The notes under the pieces were generated by a model. It was not told the DNA's origin, did no database searches, and saw nothing but the letters and a program-made list of their open reading frames with translations. The translations under genes were made by a program, and so were the position numbers. 64,000 nucleotides of DNA from an uncultured archaeon (GTDB taxonomy: Archaea; Aenigmatarchaeota; Aenigmatarchaeia; CG10238-14), in NCBI GenBank assembly GCA_964392445.1, contig CAYMPD010000001.1:1-64000 (forward strand), given 5' to 3'. This document shows, in pieces, positions 59,767 through 64,000 of this stretch (the first letter of the stretch is position 1; the number at the start of each line of letters is the position of its first letter).

Positions 59767-60030
59767 TTACCAACTTCTAGCAACATTAGTTACTTCTACT
59801 TCTTTAACACCAGAAATTGATCTTATTTGCTTTTCTACTCTTTCCATTTCTCCGTCTTTTTCCGGGATTACTTTAACTATTACTAATGATTTGAGCCCAA
59901 ATGCTATTGGGATTATTTGTGACTTGGATGGGTTGACTTTTTCTTTTACTTTTTCTTGAAGTGCTTCCATATCTGTTTCTACGCCCTCAGGCATGATTTT
60001 GAATGTTACCATAACTGATCCTTCACCCAT
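59767..60030 (-). CDS. ef1b: Elongation factor 1-beta
   Basis: VTFKIMPE, PIAFGLKSL. Confidence 0.92.
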   Translation of the reverse strand: MGEGSVMVTFKIMPEGVETDMEALQEKVKEKVNPSKSQIIPIAFGLKSLVIVKVIPEKDGEMERVEKQIRSISGVKEVEVTNVARSW

Positions 60031-60039
60031 TTAATCACC

Positions 60040-60210
60040 TCAAGGTCCTACAAAACCACATTTACTGCAAGTGTAATCGTTGGAAAGTCTTCTGCACTTA
60101 GAACATCTGAAAATTGTTTCCTCTCCACAATTAGGACATTTAAACTGAACAAAATTGTCATCTCCTAACAAGTTTACACCGCAACTGTTACATTTCATTT
60201 TCTTTGCCAT
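60040..60210 (-). CDS. Small zinc-finger protein (DUF1610/HVO_2753-like), missed by the ORF track
   Basis: MAKKMKCNSCGVNLLGDDNFVQFKCPNCGEETIFRCSKCRRLSNDYTCSKCGFVGP; four CxxC motifs; directly upstream of ef1b. Confidence 0.92.
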   Translation of the reverse strand: MAKKMKCNSCGVNLLGDDNFVQFKCPNCGEETIFRCSKCRRLSNDYTCSKCGFVGP

Positions 60211-60268
60211 GATTACCACTTACTTTCTTATTGATTAAGTATGTTAATATTTATAACTGTTGCTGTAA

Positions 60269-60340
60269 GCCCTTGTAGTTTAATGGATAGAATATCTCCC
60301 TGCGGAGGAGGCGATCCGAGTTCGAATCTCGGCAAGGGCA
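60269..60340 (+). tRNA. tRNA-Arg(GCG)
   Basis: Acceptor GCCCTTG/CAAGGGC, anticodon arm TCTCC-CTGCGGA-GGAGG, T-arm CCGAG-TTCGAAT-CTCGG. Confidence 0.92.
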
Positions 60341-60363
60341 TTGCTAGCGAATTTATTTTTTCC

Positions 60364-60666
60364 TTACTCCAATACATAAAACATATTCTTCAACATTCTA
60401 ACTGCTTTCTCACAGACCTCTTTTCCTTTTTCTGTTATCCTGTAAACCTTTCTCTTTCTTTTACCTTGAAATTCCTCGTAAAATTCAACCAATCCCTTCT
60501 CTTCCATCCTAGCTAACAAGGGATAAATCTGTCCTGGACTTAATTTCTTTTCTAGTCTGCGCATGAACTCTTCCATTATCTCGTATCCATGCATGTCTCT
60601 TTCGAAGAGCAAAAGTAGTGTGAATAGCTTGGTTGGATTAGTTATGGTATCTTCTTCTGTTTTCAT
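60364..60666 (-). CDS. PadR family transcriptional regulator
   Basis: MHGYEIM, SPGQIYPLLARMEEKGLV, RKVYRITEKG. Confidence 0.93.
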   Translation of the reverse strand: MKTEEDTITNPTKLFTLLLLFERDMHGYEIMEEFMRRLEKKLSPGQIYPLLARMEEKGLVEFYEEFQGKRKRKVYRITEKGKEVCEKAVRMLKNMFYVLE

Positions 60667-60746
60667 AGGTCATTATTTGATAGTTATAATATATATATAT
60701 TATTGATATATTAATAGAAAATAAAAAGCTAGTATTTTATCAACTT

Positions 60747-61187
60747 CTATTGGGAAGCATTGTATCTAATTGCGTCAGTTATTAACTCAGCTAAAATTGC
60801 ACTTCCTCCACCTAAAACCATCGATCTTTCATCCCCACTAAGAGCATAAGCAGTCAATGCTGTGACAACTGGAGAAAATATATAATCCCTAAAAAAGGGC
60901 TCACTCCATAGTCCTCTTCCTATAGGAGTATCAGAAAGATTATAATTTAAAGCGTCATGAAGTATAGATGAACCCATTCTTCCTATTGCTGCACCTCTAA
61001 CGCTAGGGTCCAGACCTTGATCTTGTTGGGTAAGGGTATCTAAAGCCCAGTCACCTGAGAAAGCCGCTAAATAAGTAAATATTGGATCCATAAACCATCT
61101 ATTTAAAAATCCGTCTTTCTTTCCCATTATTTTTTTAATAGGTCTTCCTAAAGTTCTTTTTTGAGTACTGTATCCTTCTGATTCCAT
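60747..61187 (-). CDS. Hypothetical, probably membrane-associated protein
   Basis: 146-aa ORF with several hydrophobic/amphipathic helices. Confidence 0.65.
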   Translation of the reverse strand: MESEGYSTQKRTLGRPIKKIMGKKDGFLNRWFMDPIFTYLAAFSGDWALDTLTQQDQGLDPSVRGAAIGRMGSSILHDALNYNLSDTPIGRGLWSEPFFRDYIFSPVVTALTAYALSGDERSMVLGGGSAILAELITDAIRYNASQ

Positions 61188-61351
61188 TGAATTTACCTCT
61201 TTCTATTAAATTAAATTTTTTTCTTAGTTAATATGGTAAGTTAAAAAATATAAATATTACTATTAATAAGTGAGAAATTCTAATTTATATTTAATCCTTA
61301 ATTTTACTTATAAGAAAAAAGGAGGGTCTCTAATAAATATATTTATTGAAA

Positions 61352-63454
61352 TTACTCATCCACAAATTCCACAGAGCAAGTACTAAGATTTTCCCCTATT
61401 TCTTTAGGTCCTAACACATAAACCATGAAATTTATCTCAGTTTCATAACTATACTTTCCCAAAGATTGTATCAATTTCCTCTTAACACGTTTTGAAGAAC
61501 AAACAAAAACTAAATCCCCATCAACTTTTTCCAAGTACTTATCAATATCATATCCAATAACCGATGTTTTGAATACAACCCTATTCCTCAAATCTTTCTT
61601 CTGGAAAACCAAATCATCTTTATCTTCAACTAATTCCCATCCTCTAGATCCATAATCCTCCTTAACCATCTCCTTCAAGTTCTCAACCGATTCCTCATCC
61701 TCTCTGTTAATTATCTCCCCATACTTTGAAATGTAAACCAACCTTCCCTTCTTAGTCAAAAAGTAGTAATAAGCATAATTTCTATGCAACTTGACCTTTT
61801 TCCGGTTTATTATACCCTTATCCATTAACTCCTCAGCCCTATTCCTAAAAGTAGTCCCAGAAACACCCAGTCTTCTCTGTATTTGAGAGCTAGATATCCC
61901 CTTTCCTGGAGCAAGAATTTTCAAAACATTCCAAAGAGACCTGTCCAAACTTTTAGCCATAGAAGCTATATCCTGTTTTTTGTGAAGCATATCTATAGCC
62001 TTTTCTGGGTCTTTTGGGATTTTAATATCCAATTCATCCTTCTTTTTCTCTTTATAGAGCTTTACTATCCTCTTTCCCATTATATCTCTAACTAAATCGT
62101 CTTTAATCACTGAATTATCAATTCTAAGAAGTGGAAACTTAACCAAGAAAGGATTTCTGAAATCCATTCTCCTGGCAACAATATAACCATGTCCTGTTGG
62201 TAACTTCCTAATATATTCTATTTCCTCATTTGTTTTTAAACCAAGCATGTGTGATGCATCCATAATATCTGAAGAGGATTTAGTATCCAAACCCAGATTC
62301 ATGTAAATATGAGTACTAGTATTACCCAAAGCAGGATAACTTATCAAAGAAGGGTGCTGATCTAAATAAACCAAACCTACTCCTAACTCACGAACCTCAC
62401 GAAATATAAGATCAACCACACCTTCCATTCCCGACCTAATCGTCTTCTCCCTATTCAGAATATTATGAGCTTCTTCAATGATTATTACACCATTCAATTC
62501 GTTCCTCTTATCACTTACAAGCAACCAATCTCTTATCCACTGGAGCATTATTTCAATCATAAAAGTCTTGTCAGCGGTCGCAAGAGGGTCCAGTTCCAGA
62601 ATCGTTATCTTTCCTTTTTCAAAGAATTTATCTGGAGTTATACCTTCTTCTGTATCAAATATATGTCCAACCTCACGAAATGTCAATGATTCCAATGGTC
62701 TTTGTGCGGTTGCAATCCAGTTTTTCTCTCTTGATGTCTTAGTTGATTTCAATGCTTCTTCAACACCTTTTTTCAGGTCTTTGATCTTTGGATATCCAGC
62801 TCCATCATCATAAACCTTATCCAGGGCTTTAAGTATAACGTGCCTACCTCCACCCAGCAACCAATAGGCGTGATCGAATATCTCTGCAAATTCCTTAGCC
62901 CATTGAGAAATTGGTATATTTTCAGGAGGTTTTAATGGATTGAATCTGAAGGGTGATACACTTCTACCAACCGTGTAAATACTAACTTTGTCTTTTAACT
63001 CAGGATCTTTTAACAAATTCCTATAGTTTCTCTTTGAGAAGTCGAATATTAGAACCGGGATATCTTTCTCCGATAGTTTTTTCGTGAGCGATCTCGCCAG
63101 ATTAGTTTTACCAGAACCCGAAGAACCAAATATTCCTATATGTGTCAAAAAATCTTCCTCGCTGAGCATTAGTGGATACAAACCTTGTTTATCATAAAGT
63201 ACCGTTCCTAATTCCACGTTTCCTTTTAATGCAGCATGTTCTGAAGGAGGTTCCATAACTGGTATATTTTCAAATCTATCCTCTGAGAAAACTGCAGCCT
63301 TGATTGCGTCTATGGTTTCCTGGATTCTTTGTCTTGTTAATTCATCTCCGAGAAGATAAGCTGCTCTGATTTTTTTTGTGGACTTTTTCCCAACTATAGG
63401 TGCTAGTCTATTGATATCATCAACTATCAATTCTTCATCAGTCCTGTAAACCAT
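61352..63454 (-). CDS. HerA/FtsK/VirB4-like (DUF87) ATPase with C-terminal winged-HTH and extra domain
   Basis: THIGIFGSSGSGKT, FRFNPL, IIIEEAH, REVRELG, DQHP; HTH SSSQIQRRLGVSGTTFRNRAEELMDKG. Confidence 0.85.
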   Translation of the reverse strand: MVYRTDEELIVDDINRLAPIVGKKSTKKIRAAYLLGDELTRQRIQETIDAIKAAVFSEDRFENIPVMEPPSEHAALKGNVELGTVLYDKQGLYPLMLSEEDFLTHIGIFGSSGSGKTNLARSLTKKLSEKDIPVLIFDFSKRNYRNLLKDPELKDKVSIYTVGRSVSPFRFNPLKPPENIPISQWAKEFAEIFDHAYWLLGGGRHVILKALDKVYDDGAGYPKIKDLKKGVEEALKSTKTSREKNWIATAQRPLESLTFREVGHIFDTEEGITPDKFFEKGKITILELDPLATADKTFMIEIMLQWIRDWLLVSDKRNELNGVIIIEEAHNILNREKTIRSGMEGVVDLIFREVRELGVGLVYLDQHPSLISYPALGNTSTHIYMNLGLDTKSSSDIMDASHMLGLKTNEEIEYIRKLPTGHGYIVARRMDFRNPFLVKFPLLRIDNSVIKDDLVRDIMGKRIVKLYKEKKKDELDIKIPKDPEKAIDMLHKKQDIASMAKSLDRSLWNVLKILAPGKGISSSQIQRRLGVSGTTFRNRAEELMDKGIINRKKVKLHRNYAYYYFLTKKGRLVYISKYGEIINREDEESVENLKEMVKEDYGSRGWELVEDKDDLVFQKKDLRNRVVFKTSVIGYDIDKYLEKVDGDLVFVCSSKRVKRKLIQSLGKYSYETEINFMVYVLGPKEIGENLSTCSVEFVDE

Positions 63455-63998
63455 CTTCTCTCAACTCCTCGAATAATTCAGCTACTTTACTCTCTATAGC
63501 CAACTGTTCTTCTAATTGGTGAAGCTCTCTTTGGACTTCAAGTCTATCCTTCCAGAACAAAAGATTCTCTCTTCTCCTTTCCATCTTAAGATTAGTTAGA
63601 TCTAATTGTAAGTCTCGGATTCTTTCAGGATCATTCAAAGTTTTTATTTGACTTTCTTTTTCATCAATGTCTTGTGTTATTTCAGCTATTGAGTTTTTAT
63701 TAATGGTTTGTCTTGCTTGAGCTGCTAATTTCAAATCAGATACTCTAATCTCTAAGAACTTGACTCTTTCAAAAATATTACCTATTAATTCCCCACCAAG
63801 TAATCTTAATGACCTCAGTCTTTCTTCCTTTATTTTTTGCCATCTTTTTTCTTGTTTTGTAACTACTTCTCTAACTATCCTTTCTCTTTCTTCGTACAAT
63901 TCTTGTCTTTCAAAACCTGGCGAAAGTCTCTCATCCTCTTCGTAAGGTCTTCTATCTCTAGGCGTTATATAAGGTGCACGTGGTACTCCGTCTTTCAT
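63438..63998 (-). CDS. Hypothetical coiled-coil protein (5' end may extend beyond the window)
   Basis: 186-aa Glu/Arg-rich heptad ORF overlapping the start of the ATPase gene. Confidence 0.7.
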   Translation of the reverse strand: MKDGVPRAPYITPRDRRPYEEDERLSPGFERQELYEERERIVREVVTKQEKRWQKIKEERLRSLRLLGGELIGNIFERVKFLEIRVSDLKLAAQARQTINKNSIAEITQDIDEKESQIKTLNDPERIRDLQLDLTNLKMERRRENLLFWKDRLEVQRELHQLEEQLAIESKVAELFEELREDGLQD

Positions 63999-64000
63999 CC

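Noticed and set aside
15680-62813. Numerous 60-220 aa ORFs antisense to or overlapping well-supported genes (e.g. 16926-17327, 23122-23601, 29671-30117, 38092-38766, 39244-39705)
   Set aside because: They are F/L/S-rich shadows of Lys/Glu-rich coding strands, fully overlapped by conserved genes.
1-64000. CRISPR array, rRNA, transposase or integrase
   Set aside because: I saw no regularly spaced repeats with unique spacers, rRNA-like sequence, or transposase/recombinase motifs. The repeats found are intragenic coding repeats.

Overview
AT-rich archaeal genomic DNA with a compact DPANN-like gene set. Aenigmarchaeota-like is my impression from gene content and style, not a search result. Bases 1-15 are an Illumina adapter remnant, so the window starts at a contig end. 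The left 15.5 kb is one uninterrupted minus-strand ORF that is missing from the supplied ORF track. It encodes a secreted surface protein of at least about 5,170 aa: signal peptide, Thr-rich stalk, FG-GAP repeats, DUF2341-like, a LamG domain with three C1q-like domains inserted in it, two F5/8C domains in duplicated super-modules, and many Ig/CARDB-like repeats. The rest is mostly housekeeping: aIF5B, herA/mre11/rad50, proS, psmB, aCPSF1, thermosome, class I lysS, cdc6, pfdA, ftsY, srp54, pus10, rpl21e, rpoF and ef1b. There is also a type IV pilus locus with five class III pre-pilins, a membrane-anchored serpin and five tRNAs: Pro-TGG, Ile-TAT with two introns, initiator Met, Val-TAC with two introns, and Arg-GCG. 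The best candidate for an undescribed system is the 41.7-46.7 kb accessory block next to lysS. It holds LysX-like, GATase, LysZ-like and homocitrate-synthase-like genes, a Lys/Arg-rich 28-codon leader ORF, and two copies of a roughly 47-nt tRNA-like minihelix (acceptor stem plus T-arm, with a compensatory base change) placed directly upstream of genes. All product calls come from motif recognition only. No database searches were run.
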